Below the pieces are notes generated by a model. The model made no database searches. It was given only the letters and a program-made list of their open reading frames with translations, and was not told where the DNA came from. Shown in pieces: positions 28,601 through 38,053 of a stretch of DNA of 64,000 nt; position 1 is the stretch's first letter; every line of letters starts with the position of its first letter. The translations under genes were made by a program, and so were the position numbers. This DNA comes from a virus (lineage: Duplodnaviria; Heunggongvirae; Uroviricota; Caudoviricetes), in the IMG/VR virus record IMGVR_UViG_3300024344_000001, one strand, 5' to 3'.

Positions 28601-30381
28601 CAAGAGACCTAACTAATCTACTGAATGATAACTCTCGCATTAAGTGTTATGTGAGATACGACCATAGTCAGTACATGGACTTTAGTGATATAGGTAAAGA
28701 TGAATTTTCTCAACAGATCATTACCACAAACGGTTTCGTTCCAGACGCCCTTGAGGCACTAGACAATACTGGAGACCAGGAACTGTCTATGGATAGATTG
28801 GCTAGGCTGTTTGAACAGGGACCAGACACACTACCGGAATCATGTGCGTACATCGCTTGTCAGTTAGATACAACTATGTATATGACACCTAAAGTGATCA
28901 AGCGTCCTACTGAAGTCTATGGTAGAGAAGTACAGCAGATCGCTGTTTTCCCAGAGTTGAATGTCTACAAAAAGACCGTAAATGATACCGTACAAGATGT
29001 ACCTATTCTAAGACTAGCTCCTGTATTTGGACCGGGGTCTGGTAATAGTGGAGGTACGGATGGTGAGTTTGTTAATAACGGCGACTTCGAAAGAGTATAC
29101 AATGAGCAACTAGATGCGAATCTGATAGATACTAGAATCGACCATCTAGATCCAGATTACGTGTATGTTGTTCTAACGGTGCCGGGTATAATTAAGCCTA
29201 CTGTGGATCATAGATTCATGGATGCGTTTATGTACGCTAAGAATGCGACATACATCAAGCACGCCCTGTCTCAAGATGTTGTTAGGGGTGCTCCTGGTTT
29301 TGAGAAGCCAGCACCATTAGTATATAAAGACAGTCCTGGTACTATAGAGACTGAGTGTGGTACCGTAGTTAAACTATTCAACTTCCTGGACGGTGCTAGA
29401 CGAGCACAACAGGAAGCCGCACATGGAGTTAACAGAAATGGTAGCTTCAACCGGAATGACTTCATGACTACTTATTCACATCCATCTCCGGTATATCCTG
29501 ATATGGTAGCTATGCCCCTTACCTCCAAAGAGAGATGTTATGGTCCGTGGTTATCCTCATCAACCCTAAGTACTGATAGCCCTGTTAGATACAGTAATAT
29601 TGGTGGTAGGGTAGAGTTCGTCAAGGATGAAAACTTGGCCCCGTGGAACTTTGCTGGTTATCAGTTAATGAATGAGGCCGGTAAACTACGGGCACAGTTC
29701 TCTAACAGTCTATTACTATTCAGCGAACGTGGAAGCTTTACAATTCCAGAGGCTCCTACTGGTCTAGCTATTGGTACCGCCCTAAATAATGTTGGTCCTC
29801 TTGTTACATCCGTAGACGTTAAGGTGGGTATTGATGGATATAGAACAACTGTTAAGATGGACCTGTACACATCCAGATTCGGTAAACTACAGAAGCAGAA
29901 GGAACAGGCTATAGCCCAGATTAGTAGGGAGAGACAGAAGATCATTGATCAGAATAACGCTATGACCCGCAAGGGGTTCGGCAAGGGTGCCTCAAAGGCT
30001 GATTTCTTGGCCCCACTGCGTCCTGGGGCAGCCGCCGTTAAAACCTTAAAAACAGAAGTGAAGCAACGCCTTGAAGAAACTATTATGTTTGAAGAAAATC
30101 AAGAAGTGGTTAGGGGTGCTGACGTAGATGACGGTTCCGCACAGACTAAAAAGATAAAGACAAAAGTAGCCACCAAGCGTCCTAGTGAGGAATTCGAAGT
30201 TCCTTCTGGACCAGACTCCGCAGAGGAAAGAGTTAAAAAGGCAACAGCAGTAGACCTTTCTGATATTATAAGTGTACATACCCCAACAGTACAATGGGGA
30301 TTTCTACCAAGTAATGAGCAAAATATGAATGAAGCTCTAGGACAATACACAGACGAAGATGTAAATGATCGAGGTCAATAA
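25618..30381 (+). CDS. Putative baseplate hub / Tal-like protein (gp27-like fold)
   Basis: FAFGGILQGWSQSKGNDGQKYDIRVVDPRE, TLIDLAQELCDIISHD and C-terminal VTSVDVKVGIDGYRTTVKM follow the hub-protein pattern. Confidence 0.6.
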   Translation: MRVYMTEYGIIPPSGEYGTEWPAHHVITQGKGGSLSYAGWTEGNEGFIQQTFLGASISNFNVIAGFGDSSSSLSVSVVVDELNKSDELPFGQGDDAYHNGKQDFFKPPVVGTPVFFKFGKNFATVEQAYRKTIDDLTGYHTMPASLDFDEVEIVGPLTDIPDHHYLRSEETNSAGVTTYTFVDKSPLYDPSYGYRGKDHFAFGGILQGWSQSKGNDGQKYDIRVVDPREILSNTTVLLNNYQGTTFNNKNLINVYGYLEYEISYELKEELEGTDELPNFDLLDKSILTKHVNISGVVSYVGDDMYRFNTSEFTLSALPEYLPITGKGMSRRGNQGIPWYRVRQSLSALFNYYGNLPTEYQDAGFGGAIDFRGFKYVVDFSGLPLDLIPKMYFIDFDQMTLIDLAQELCDIISHDMLVTLLPVIDHPSNQWLWNYNQAQIQAGNYVDIITGIIRIDAIDRSRQPEYGAIKTYLQKLEDAGVEITNEDLGYELSNITTDKFVVGAQQVNMYYFNNCKDRSNLQLRKRQGGFDNHYELIEESQWSLETALKQQILPFYGFLGENAVTIPRGFGAFQQIMLDSSTLDAAGVGYYYITTEMELRHVLSGFKSWANFLAYYNNTYVENTDDFGNGMYKELDQAEVIWGDIDDFGGTIGANGEIVRVKSGSYGVCVPRCVFNSDREYMGSDGYPASPCSPPYGYPLYYKRADKIGLPYGSIAGWIENYYQVSTDIAKLKQRLLNKLDNDGVKLDGTTALEASKEIVANINKYETALANGQNPVVSNFSIPKKIIDENQDGKLKDIAEQYDAINQNLLTFKKITGENPGYMVNKVKDIGLDGEKNAKKVFEFLQEVANKHFGKTFLVKIPKQCNLNYSKYITVNDANEILNGPYGFKPQPIKSEVDYYKSTPFQIELNTLNNMNTGYDVFTDYLDNEIPGKYTVGALNNNFNPISEKWEFNYEPSQDGGFFDFEVYDRSVNVNSGIELDDSRLPPATKQMLAPRDLTNLLNDNSRIKCYVRYDHSQYMDFSDIGKDEFSQQIITTNGFVPDALEALDNTGDQELSMDRLARLFEQGPDTLPESCAYIACQLDTTMYMTPKVIKRPTEVYGREVQQIAVFPELNVYKKTVNDTVQDVPILRLAPVFGPGSGNSGGTDGEFVNNGDFERVYNEQLDANLIDTRIDHLDPDYVYVVLTVPGIIKPTVDHRFMDAFMYAKNATYIKHALSQDVVRGAPGFEKPAPLVYKDSPGTIETECGTVVKLFNFLDGARRAQQEAAHGVNRNGSFNRNDFMTTYSHPSPVYPDMVAMPLTSKERCYGPWLSSSTLSTDSPVRYSNIGGRVEFVKDENLAPWNFAGYQLMNEAGKLRAQFSNSLLLFSERGSFTIPEAPTGLAIGTALNNVGPLVTSVDVKVGIDGYRTTVKMDLYTSRFGKLQKQKEQAIAQISRERQKIIDQNNAMTRKGFGKGASKADFLAPLRPGAAAVKTLKTEVKQRLEETIMFEENQEVVRGADVDDGSAQTKKIKTKVATKRPSEEFEVPSGPDSAEERVKKATAVDLSDIISVHTPTVQWGFLPSNEQNMNEALGQYTDEDVNDRGQ

Positions 30382-33300
30382 TGGCTAAAGTAAATAGAAG
30401 TAACTACATAATCACAACTGACTCCAAAATTATGGACGCACTAGGTCTGTCTCACTTTACGTTTGAGACACTGGCTCAGTGGGTTACGTATAATAAGGGG
30501 CATAACCTAAATTACCTGAAGATAACTGATGTTGAGCTTCTTAGCACTCAGGCTATCATGGAGAAAATTCTATACAGTGCTCCCGCCAATCCTCTTTATG
30601 AGTACATGAGTATTCGTGTTTCCACAAGAGGTGGCTCTGTTCAGACCGTAAAAGAAATCGCTAATCTAACGAATAGTGAGTGGACTCACTCCGAATGGCA
30701 GAATGGTGTTAACGTGACTAAATGGAAACCTAGTGACTTAGGATTTGCTGACCCAGATCTTGAAGTACCAAACTCTATGGGATACATAGATTACGATGCA
30801 TACAGACTAGTAAGAATGAATGACCTTCTTCTTAGTAAGTCCAGTGATCCTACTATGGACAAATACAAGGCCCGTAAGGAGCTAATTAAAGATATCAAGG
30901 CTCAGCCAACAAGATATGGAATATTGAAGCCGGGTGTTAAGTGGACTTCTGAGATCACATTTATTGTAGAAGAAGGCGAAGAATGTTTAGAGGAAGTTGT
31001 CTTTGAACTGAAGCTGTATGACTCACAGAGAAAAGAAGCCGAAGTAGTTCTTCAGACAAACAAGTTTATTGTCCCAAATCTGGATGTTACCAGGAGACCT
31101 ATTCTTGTTAAAGACGAAGACGGTAGGCTTGAGTTTGACCAGGATAAGATGAATCAGCGTATCGGTGTAGAACTTGATATGTGGTTCAATCCATATACTG
31201 GTAAAGCTGAATCCGGTACTGCACAGATAATGGCCGTAATGGAAACCGATCTTCCTGCCGCTACTGCTCCAGTAGCTGGTCTAACCTCCACACCTAGTGA
31301 ATTTCTAAAGACTAACGGCGATGGATTCAAACCATCTTATGGGCGAGCTAGACCGTTAATGATGAATGGTAATGACTGGAAACAGTGGTCTACGGAGTAT
31401 GAATATCCAACTGGATCTGATGACGACAATGAAAAGGCGAAGTTACTTTCAGAACCCGTTCAGAATAAGTTTACTGATACAGCCTTCAGTGATGGTCAGG
31501 TAGTTATGCTAAATAAAATTGGTGGAGTATGGCAACCAGTATCACCGATTGGTGGTAAGGTTACTTCTAGTCTTGTTGCTACTTCTGTAGATAAGTGGTC
31601 ATTCGATTACTTGATGACTAATGCTGAGTTCTTCTTCAGAAAAGAGGGTGGTATAGTTGAATTCGGTGATTACGAAGAAGCATTCTATGAGATCTATTAC
31701 GGCGGTGCAACAGAACTTGCTAAGTATGGCGATAAGTTGCCGACTATGAAAAACAGCCACATCCAGCTTACTTCCTTTGACTTTATGGGTAATAGTATAG
31801 GTGGTAATAGAACTAGTCACGGTCTGGGTAACACTCAGATTGGATTTAGAAACTATGCCGGTGTACAAGACAATGCTTTAACAATGCCTATTGTTACATC
31901 ACCATTCTTTGGGTGTGTGTTTCCAGACGGATATGATGAGACTAAGTATGATACGGCGATTACAGAAGCTATCATTGCTACAGATACAGACTACGTGAAG
32001 AATATTGCAATGGGGACTAAGATATTTGATCCAAGTGATGGCGAAAACTATGAGGGTCAAATCTTCTCCGAGGGACTAACTCAGCTACCCGCAGATATTG
32101 CGTTACACTGTCCCCCAGGTAATGAGAACGGCTCGCCTATTAACAAGGTTGTAGATCTTAGTGAATCATTTCTTCCAACTAATACAGGAATTGTAGATGC
32201 GTTCTTGTCTGATGAAGATACCAGGTATGCGTGGCTTTATTATGATTCTGCTGATCCTATTAACTCTAATGATAACGTAGTATTCGATATTACACCTCTC
32301 AACAATAAGAAGATTCAGTTCCGCCCAATGAAAATGGAACTGTATGCTTCCATGGAAATTAGTGCGTATAGTGCAGTTCCTGAAGCTACCAGGGGTTACT
32401 ACGGTAGAAAGATGTGGGATAGAACGAATCAGAAAGCCCCATTCAATCAAGCGGAGATTGTTTCAAGAACTGATAGTCTGGTGGCAGGTACGCCGCTTGG
32501 TATCATAGGTGCTGATGGCCTTGAGTACAATAGTGATATTCATGATGAGCTTGCTGGTGAAAGTTCCTTATTCGCGTATAACAGATTTAGAAATTCTACC
32601 TATCCCTGGATGTCTTCTGGCCCTAGACCTGCTGGTGCATTTGGTATCATTGGGGCCTCTTGTACACTCTCCGCTAATACCAGTATAACATTTAACACTT
32701 CATACTTATGGGGTATGAGTGAAGAGTTTGGCGGGTTTAATCAAATTACCGGTTCCCTATGGTATCAGACGTTCGGTGGTAGTAACACATATAGATCACA
32801 CAATAACACTGGTCTATTCGTAAGAGTATACACCAACTGGCCTACTGAGCTTACCGTGTATGACTCCAGGTATTTCGCCGTCTTCCATTTCAATTACGGT
32901 GTTGGTTCAACTAAGGATCAGGATATCACTGTCAAGTATTACAATGATGTAGATGAGATTTCTGTTGGAGACTGGGGCGATGCTGATTCTGCCGATAAAG
33001 AATACCCAGAAGGAATATACGCCGTGGAACAAATTGATTTTGAGCAGGCAGACTTTAGAGAGCCATCGTACGCCGTAGCAGACAATAATAACCCAAGTAT
33101 TCTGGCTGATCTTAATGTTGAGGTTTACAGCGATAGATCTAATGATGTAGATTCTGGGTGGAGAGAATACGATCACTGGAATATTAACATTCTGAGTAGA
33201 GGTAAATTACTTCCTATTCCTAATAACGATACCTATGCCCGTAGGACTATTGGTATTGATACCATAATAATTGAAGATGGTGGTACCAACTATCAGAACG

Positions 33301-33857
33301 GAGATACCTTTACTACATCTGGTGGTAATGGAACTGGAGTTGTGATTACCGTAGTTGGCTTGCCGAATACTGGTGGTCCTATTACGGTGAATAATCTTCA
33401 GGTGGATAATCAGGGGTATGATTTCATACCAGATAACTTCTTCACGTATGAAGATGTAGATACGTCTGTGACTACATTCCAAGGTGCTACTGTCACTCTA
33501 GTTGGAGTAGACGGTAGTTATACTGGTACTGGATTAAAGGCTTATGTGACTAACGGGTATACCGTTCTTCGCCGCCTTATAAATGATGTTGTGGGGCCTG
33601 AACTGGCTAACCCTCAGCAGAATGGAACCAGGATCATTGAGAATGCTCCTGTTGAAGACAAGAATGGAAAGAACGATGGTCCAGCTATTGGATCTATGGA
33701 AACTACAATTACTATCACGAATACGTCAAGTGATAACAAATATAACTGTTTCTTCTTCTACTACAATGATGCTTCTCACTGTTTTGACTCTGATCACGGC
33801 GATCAGACACCAAAACCATATGAGCAGTATGTAGAACTGGAAATTACGTCAGAATAA
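30381..33857 (+). CDS. Putative tail fibre / tail-tip protein
   Basis: 1158 aa after the hub gene; IIIEDGGTNYQNGD...VDNQGYDF motif common in phage tail fibres. Confidence 0.5.
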   Translation: MAKVNRSNYIITTDSKIMDALGLSHFTFETLAQWVTYNKGHNLNYLKITDVELLSTQAIMEKILYSAPANPLYEYMSIRVSTRGGSVQTVKEIANLTNSEWTHSEWQNGVNVTKWKPSDLGFADPDLEVPNSMGYIDYDAYRLVRMNDLLLSKSSDPTMDKYKARKELIKDIKAQPTRYGILKPGVKWTSEITFIVEEGEECLEEVVFELKLYDSQRKEAEVVLQTNKFIVPNLDVTRRPILVKDEDGRLEFDQDKMNQRIGVELDMWFNPYTGKAESGTAQIMAVMETDLPAATAPVAGLTSTPSEFLKTNGDGFKPSYGRARPLMMNGNDWKQWSTEYEYPTGSDDDNEKAKLLSEPVQNKFTDTAFSDGQVVMLNKIGGVWQPVSPIGGKVTSSLVATSVDKWSFDYLMTNAEFFFRKEGGIVEFGDYEEAFYEIYYGGATELAKYGDKLPTMKNSHIQLTSFDFMGNSIGGNRTSHGLGNTQIGFRNYAGVQDNALTMPIVTSPFFGCVFPDGYDETKYDTAITEAIIATDTDYVKNIAMGTKIFDPSDGENYEGQIFSEGLTQLPADIALHCPPGNENGSPINKVVDLSESFLPTNTGIVDAFLSDEDTRYAWLYYDSADPINSNDNVVFDITPLNNKKIQFRPMKMELYASMEISAYSAVPEATRGYYGRKMWDRTNQKAPFNQAEIVSRTDSLVAGTPLGIIGADGLEYNSDIHDELAGESSLFAYNRFRNSTYPWMSSGPRPAGAFGIIGASCTLSANTSITFNTSYLWGMSEEFGGFNQITGSLWYQTFGGSNTYRSHNNTGLFVRVYTNWPTELTVYDSRYFAVFHFNYGVGSTKDQDITVKYYNDVDEISVGDWGDADSADKEYPEGIYAVEQIDFEQADFREPSYAVADNNNPSILADLNVEVYSDRSNDVDSGWREYDHWNINILSRGKLLPIPNNDTYARRTIGIDTIIIEDGGTNYQNGDTFTTSGGNGTGVVITVVGLPNTGGPITVNNLQVDNQGYDFIPDNFFTYEDVDTSVTTFQGATVTLVGVDGSYTGTGLKAYVTNGYTVLRRLINDVVGPELANPQQNGTRIIENAPVEDKNGKNDGPAIGSMETTITITNTSSDNKYNCFFFYYNDASHCFDSDHGDQTPKPYEQYVELEITSE

Positions 33858-33863
33858 GCAATT

Positions 33864-33875
33864 TAGTGTATAATA
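33864..33875 (+). promoter_or_regulatory. TAGTGTATAATA motif, putative late promoter
   Basis: Exact intergenic copy 33 nt before the ATG at 33909 (AGGAG RBS). Confidence 0.7.
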
Positions 33876-33908
33876 AGATAGCTTTCTTTTCAAAAAAGGA
33901 GATTTTCA

Positions 33909-34637
33909 ATGGCATCAATTACATTTCATGTAAATAACTTTGGAGCCGCTAGTACAGGCGATCCTACCCTGATCAATCATGGTGCTGGGTCTGGCCTTGG
34001 GTTTTATGGGGGTGGTTTTGGTATTTCAGTACCGGTAGGTAGCTGGCAAGATACCACATTTGTAACTAATGCCAATGGTACTGCATCTGGAGTTAGAGCG
34101 AACAATACTAAGTTCACTAGTGTAAGTGGACTGTCCTACAATGGTGGCTCAGCCATCAACAATTCGGGAACACCGAATTATTATGCTCCGTTAAGAGTAC
34201 GTTTTTCTCACTCAACCGCCGTAAGAACACAAAACTGTAAGCTACGTGTCTTCGATAGAAATGACATTAGCCGTCAGGCTTCTGGTGTGACTACTAAGGT
34301 GTATGAGATTCGTCACCCTCACCCAACTGCTGGTGAATCCGCTACCTATGGGGCGTTGGATCACCGTGGTGTAAGTAATCATAGCTGGCAGGAATATGAC
34401 CCTGCTGAGTCTATGAGTGACATGACTCTAACGGCGTCCCCAGGTGTGTCTGGTCTAAACACAGTAGCTGGTGAAACACTACCTACTGGCGATGGATCTT
34501 ACTACAACTGGATCACCAATGAAGGTTCCGCTCACGAAAGTAAAATTCATGAGTGGTTTTTGGCAATTTCGGCCTCGCCGGACTCAATCGGTAGTAAAAC
34601 TGACTACGCACTTTACGTGACTATGGAATACCTTTGA
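33909..34637 (+). CDS. Putative abundant virion protein (242 aa)
   Basis: Own promoter motif and strong RBS; G/S/T/N-rich, 5 SG. Confidence 0.5.
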   Translation: MASITFHVNNFGAASTGDPTLINHGAGSGLGFYGGGFGISVPVGSWQDTTFVTNANGTASGVRANNTKFTSVSGLSYNGGSAINNSGTPNYYAPLRVRFSHSTAVRTQNCKLRVFDRNDISRQASGVTTKVYEIRHPHPTAGESATYGALDHRGVSNHSWQEYDPAESMSDMTLTASPGVSGLNTVAGETLPTGDGSYYNWITNEGSAHESKIHEWFLAISASPDSIGSKTDYALYVTMEYL

Positions 34638-34678
34638 TAAAATTTAAGAATTCTATCATATTTTAGTCCCAATTCAGC

Positions 34679-34732
34679 AACTTCTCGTGTATAATAAGGT
34701 GAATACGTTCACTTTCAATTACACGAGGAGTT
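34679..34732 (+). promoter_or_regulatory. Promoter motif embedded in an RBS-sequestering hairpin upstream of the HNH gene
   Basis: 13-bp outer stem 34679-34691/34720-34732 (one G-U) covers GAGGAG; 8-bp inner stem with UACG loop; TCGTGTATAATA at 34685-34696 begins in the 5' arm. Confidence 0.75.
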
Positions 34733-34736
34733 TTTT

Positions 34737-35576
34737 ATGGCTGGAAAAGAATGGACAGAACAAGAGGTAGATTTCGTGAAGGGGAATCACCAGAAGCTTA
34801 CTTGTAGAGAGATGGGTAAGAAGTTGAAAAGGACAACCAAAGCCGTACAGCATAAGTACCATCAACTTGGGTTGGAAAAAAGGCAAGCTAAAGTTGGAGA
34901 GATAGTGAAGGGCTGGAAGATTGTTAATATAGAGTTTGAGGATATTGGCAGTCAGCGTGTGAGAATGGCTGATATTGAATCCATTGTTGATGATCAGAAG
35001 CGTAGGGTGAGACTAAGTATACTTAGTAATAATCATATTGCACATCCTATAAGGAAAAGGCCAGATAATACAGAAAGAAACACTACTCATGGACAAACAA
35101 TAGGTGGTAATCCAAGTAGAATCTACAGAATCTGGGCCGGAATGAAAGGTCGCTGTAATCACAGTGAGAACTATGAACACGTTAGTGTTTGTGATGACTG
35201 GCTTGATTTCCAGAAATTCTATATTTGGGCAAACAATAATGGGTACACTGATAGTGAAACTCTAGACCGTATTGATAATAATGGCGATTATGAGCCGTCT
35301 AATTGTCGCTGGGCCAACAAAGAAACGCAGCTAATCAATCGGGCCGTAACAAAAGACCTGATGATCACTGCGTTTGGAGAAACTAAGCATATTATTGAGT
35401 GGCTACACGACGATAGGTGTAAGACCACTAATGGTTCATTGCGTTATCGAATTAAGCAGGGTTGGGAACCAGAAACCGCTATTACTAAACCTCCTATGAG
35501 GAAATCAAAATTGAATCTAAAGAACTGGCTCAAGAGAGAGTATCCAGATATTTGGAAAGAGTATCAGGAATCCTGA
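34737..35576 (+). CDS. Free-standing HNH homing endonuclease with N-terminal HTH
   Basis: RIYRIWAGMKGRC...TLDRIDNNGDYEPSNCRWAN is the phage HNH signature. Confidence 0.88.
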   Translation: MAGKEWTEQEVDFVKGNHQKLTCREMGKKLKRTTKAVQHKYHQLGLEKRQAKVGEIVKGWKIVNIEFEDIGSQRVRMADIESIVDDQKRRVRLSILSNNHIAHPIRKRPDNTERNTTHGQTIGGNPSRIYRIWAGMKGRCNHSENYEHVSVCDDWLDFQKFYIWANNNGYTDSETLDRIDNNGDYEPSNCRWANKETQLINRAVTKDLMITAFGETKHIIEWLHDDRCKTTNGSLRYRIKQGWEPETAITKPPMRKSKLNLKNWLKREYPDIWKEYQES

Positions 35577-35579
35577 TTT

Positions 35580-36089
35580 TTAACTTCTCCATCTTTTTTC
35601 TTGTTCCTCATGGAATTTTCTATTCTCTTCCGATTCCTTGAGAAATCTATTAGCAGCCGACATTCTTTTACCAATCCTTGTGCCACTCCTACATTTTTTA
35701 TATTTAGGTAGATTATTATGTTTCTGCTCAACCTTTGATCGCACCTTACTTATGGGACTTTTTTGGTTATCTTCGAATTCAGCATTATAATGACAATCTC
35801 TACATAGTGCCATTAAGCCGTTTTCGTAAATTTTTTCCCCGCTCAAATTCTCTGGATTATACCATTGATGGTGGACCTGATTTGCCTTTTTGTAACAACA
35901 GTGACATTTGTATTCGTATATGTGTAAAATTTTAGATCTGATATTTTGCCATAAGTCACTAGATAGATATTCTTTATAAGAGAAGAATCCCATATCTTTT
36001 AGTATAGTGTCTCTTAGCTTGTAACCACTCTTACCTTCATACTTTGCTAAAATAGACTTTCTTTTTTGTCGCCGTCGTCTTTTCCCCAT
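35580..36089 (-). CDS. HNH endonuclease
   Basis: YKEYLSSDLWQNIRSKIL..CHCC..ANQVHH..Y...LMALCRDCH. Confidence 0.8.
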   Translation of the reverse strand: MGKRRRRQKRKSILAKYEGKSGYKLRDTILKDMGFFSYKEYLSSDLWQNIRSKILHIYEYKCHCCYKKANQVHHQWYNPENLSGEKIYENGLMALCRDCHYNAEFEDNQKSPISKVRSKVEQKHNNLPKYKKCRSGTRIGKRMSAANRFLKESEENRKFHEEQEKRWRS

Positions 36090-36102
36090 TACCCTATCCT
36101 AG

Positions 36103-36237
36103 TTAACAATTCTCGTTTTTCTCACACATTGTGTTGTATTTATTAGTACAGTAAGTCACCAGCCAGGTGCTCATACTAACTAGCCAACATAATCCTGCAA
36201 CCTCTAGTACTCCACCGCACGCACATGCTAGTATCAT
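36103..36237 (-). CDS. Small Cys-rich hydrophobic peptide (44 aa), not in the ORF track
   Basis: MILACACGGVLEVAGLCWLVSMSTWLVTYCTNKYNTMCEKNENC; ATG overlaps the upstream TGA and the ORF fills the gap. Confidence 0.5.
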   Translation of the reverse strand: MILACACGGVLEVAGLCWLVSMSTWLVTYCTNKYNTMCEKNENC

Positions 36238-36536
36238 CAGACGTATCCTCCACCTTTACAAAGTCTCTCGTTTTTTAATTCAGGAACGAACCATTCTGGT
36301 AGATCCCCCTTGTTAATATCAGCACCGCATACATTACAGCGATAATCAATCACTCTCCACCAACCGCCGTACCCATCATCAGTTTGTCTTGCTGATTCAT
36401 AGATACTTGGGTGATGACAACGTCCACTACATTCTAATTCATCCCTGAGTTCTATACGGTCTTTAGCAACCCGTTTGGTTCTTCTTATTATACTGTTCCA
36501 TCTTTTCTCTATTTCCTCAGGGGTTAGATTTTCCAT
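36237..36536 (-). CDS. Hypothetical Zn-finger-like protein
   Basis: CSGRCHH and CNVC motifs; coupled to neighbours. Confidence 0.55.
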   Translation of the reverse strand: MENLTPEEIEKRWNSIIRRTKRVAKDRIELRDELECSGRCHHPSIYESARQTDDGYGGWWRVIDYRCNVCGADINKGDLPEWFVPELKNERLCKGGGYV

Positions 36537-36778
36537 GTTTCCAGCCTTTCTACTATGATAGCGGGGTCTCTTTCAGTTTCTTGATCTGGGTACATTACGC
36601 AATGAATAGTAAGAGTTTCCAATATATTTGGACCTAGTAGCCACCAATTATTTGAATTGTATTTTTCTGATTGTACGGAGTAGTTCATATCCGTAATGTG
36701 GTAGTCTTTACCGTCTACAGTAAGAACACCGCCTAGCCCATTTGCCATTGCCATTATTCCAAAAACTCCCCGCCACAC
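36524..36778 (-). CDS. Hypothetical protein
   Basis: Tiled in the operon; start uncertain. Confidence 0.5.
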   Translation of the reverse strand: MWRGVFGIMAMANGLGGVLTVDGKDYHITDMNYSVQSEKYNSNNWWLLGPNILETLTIHCVMYPDQETERDPAIIVERLETWKI

Positions 36779-37326
36779 TTTGTAGCACGAGCTATAAAAC
36801 CCTGAAAAGCCTCTTTAGGTTTCAACATCAATAGGTTGTCAACTGGCATTTCAATATGATCTAGTGCAGGACCAAAGTGCTTACCATTGAATAGTTGAGA
36901 ACGTTCTCTCTTAAACAGCATGAGATCGTACTTCTTGATCGTGTCTTTGTAATCGCCGTAATCATCCATCTTGAATACTATTTGAATTGCCCCCTCTACC
37001 TTTTCCTCAATATCAGTATACTCACCCATCATGATTTTGAATGGCTTAGGCATGTCTCCGATATACGCCTCAGAGGCATCATGAAGAAGTGTGTAGAATT
37101 GTAGCTTAAGGTCTTCTGGGAATTCCTGGGCGGCCAGGTAGGAACACAAGACTGAGTGTTCTGCTACGCTGTAGAATTTACTACAGTGACCACCCCACCT
37201 ACACACATTACTAAGTGCATGGGCGATATCGATAATATCAATGGCCTCTGGACGAATATCGTTGAAGTCAAAGATATTACCGGTGTAAGTCTGGAGTTTG
37301 TTTCCATCACAGGTTATTGCACTCAT
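36754..37326 (-). CDS. HD-domain phosphohydrolase (YfbR-like 5'-deoxynucleotidase family)
   Basis: IDIIDIAHALSNVCRWGGH..FYSVAEHS...LLHDASEAYIGDMPKPFK. Confidence 0.88.
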   Translation of the reverse strand: MSAITCDGNKLQTYTGNIFDFNDIRPEAIDIIDIAHALSNVCRWGGHCSKFYSVAEHSVLCSYLAAQEFPEDLKLQFYTLLHDASEAYIGDMPKPFKIMMGEYTDIEEKVEGAIQIVFKMDDYGDYKDTIKKYDLMLFKRERSQLFNGKHFGPALDHIEMPVDNLLMLKPKEAFQGFIARATKCGGEFLE

Positions 37327-37486
37327 TATCGGTTGTCCTAAAATACATTGAAAATTGATCTCTCATTCTAGTGAAACAATCAGAGATTACTTGTTTTTCC
37401 TCTTTAGTGGTACATGCTCCCTTGAGAGTCTTTTCCCACTTATCACAGTCCCTATGAAAGGTAACCACGTCTTCCCAAGTTAGCAT
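37307..37486 (-). CDS. Hypothetical protein (59 aa), not in the ORF track
   Basis: MLTWEDVVTFHRDCDKWEKTL...; GGAG upstream; fills the gap between genes. Confidence 0.45.
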   Translation of the reverse strand: MLTWEDVVTFHRDCDKWEKTLKGACTTKEEKQVISDCFTRMRDQFSMYFRTTDNECNNL

Positions 37487-37487
37487 G

Positions 37488-37871
37488 TCACGTTCTCCAT
37501 GTAAAAACGGCGATGTTCAGATTATCAGCGGCCATCTTAGCCCGTCTGAGGTACGTTAGCTCGGTCTCTTTATTTCTCAATAAAAGCAGTATGGCCGGTT
37601 GCCTGTCCGTCATTATTCCGTAATAAACAGCCTGACCAATTGCTTCTGGCCACTTCTTTACCCAGTCTACTTCGATAGCGAGAGTGGGGGTGAGTATGTC
37701 TACTCGGCTTCTATCTGGTAAGACATACTCTGGGACACCACCCATCTTACCTGCAAGCCAGTTAGACCAATGTGTTTCTCCTGAGTTATGGGAGGGTGTT
37801 AGCGACGATACATATTTCCATCCAGCCATAAACTGATACCTTATGAATTTTGTAAGCGGCAGGGTCTTCAA
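37488..37871 (-). CDS. PD-(D/E)xK-fold nuclease-like protein
   Basis: EYVLPDRSRVDILTPTLAIEVDWVKKWPEAIGQAVYY; start uncertain. Confidence 0.6.
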   Translation of the reverse strand: MKTLPLTKFIRYQFMAGWKYVSSLTPSHNSGETHWSNWLAGKMGGVPEYVLPDRSRVDILTPTLAIEVDWVKKWPEAIGQAVYYGIMTDRQPAILLLLRNKETELTYLRRAKMAADNLNIAVFTWRT

Positions 37872-37989
37872 ATAATTCCAGGTGTTGACACAACTGGTAC
37901 GGTTCTTCGAACTGGCTTTCTAGAAGCTTTTCTTTGATCTGATTCTGTAGGTTTGTATGTAGTGTACCCAGGGCCGTAATTTGACTCAT
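37786..37989 (-). CDS. Hypothetical protein (67 aa)
   Basis: AGGAG RBS before ATG. Confidence 0.5.
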   Translation of the reverse strand: MSQITALGTLHTNLQNQIKEKLLESQFEEPYQLCQHLELFEDPAAYKIHKVSVYGWMEICIVANTLP

Positions 37990-38053
37990 TACATAACTCC
38001 TAAAATAACAACATTCCAGAATTTGTCGTTCTTGTAAATTTCAAGGGCCTCTC

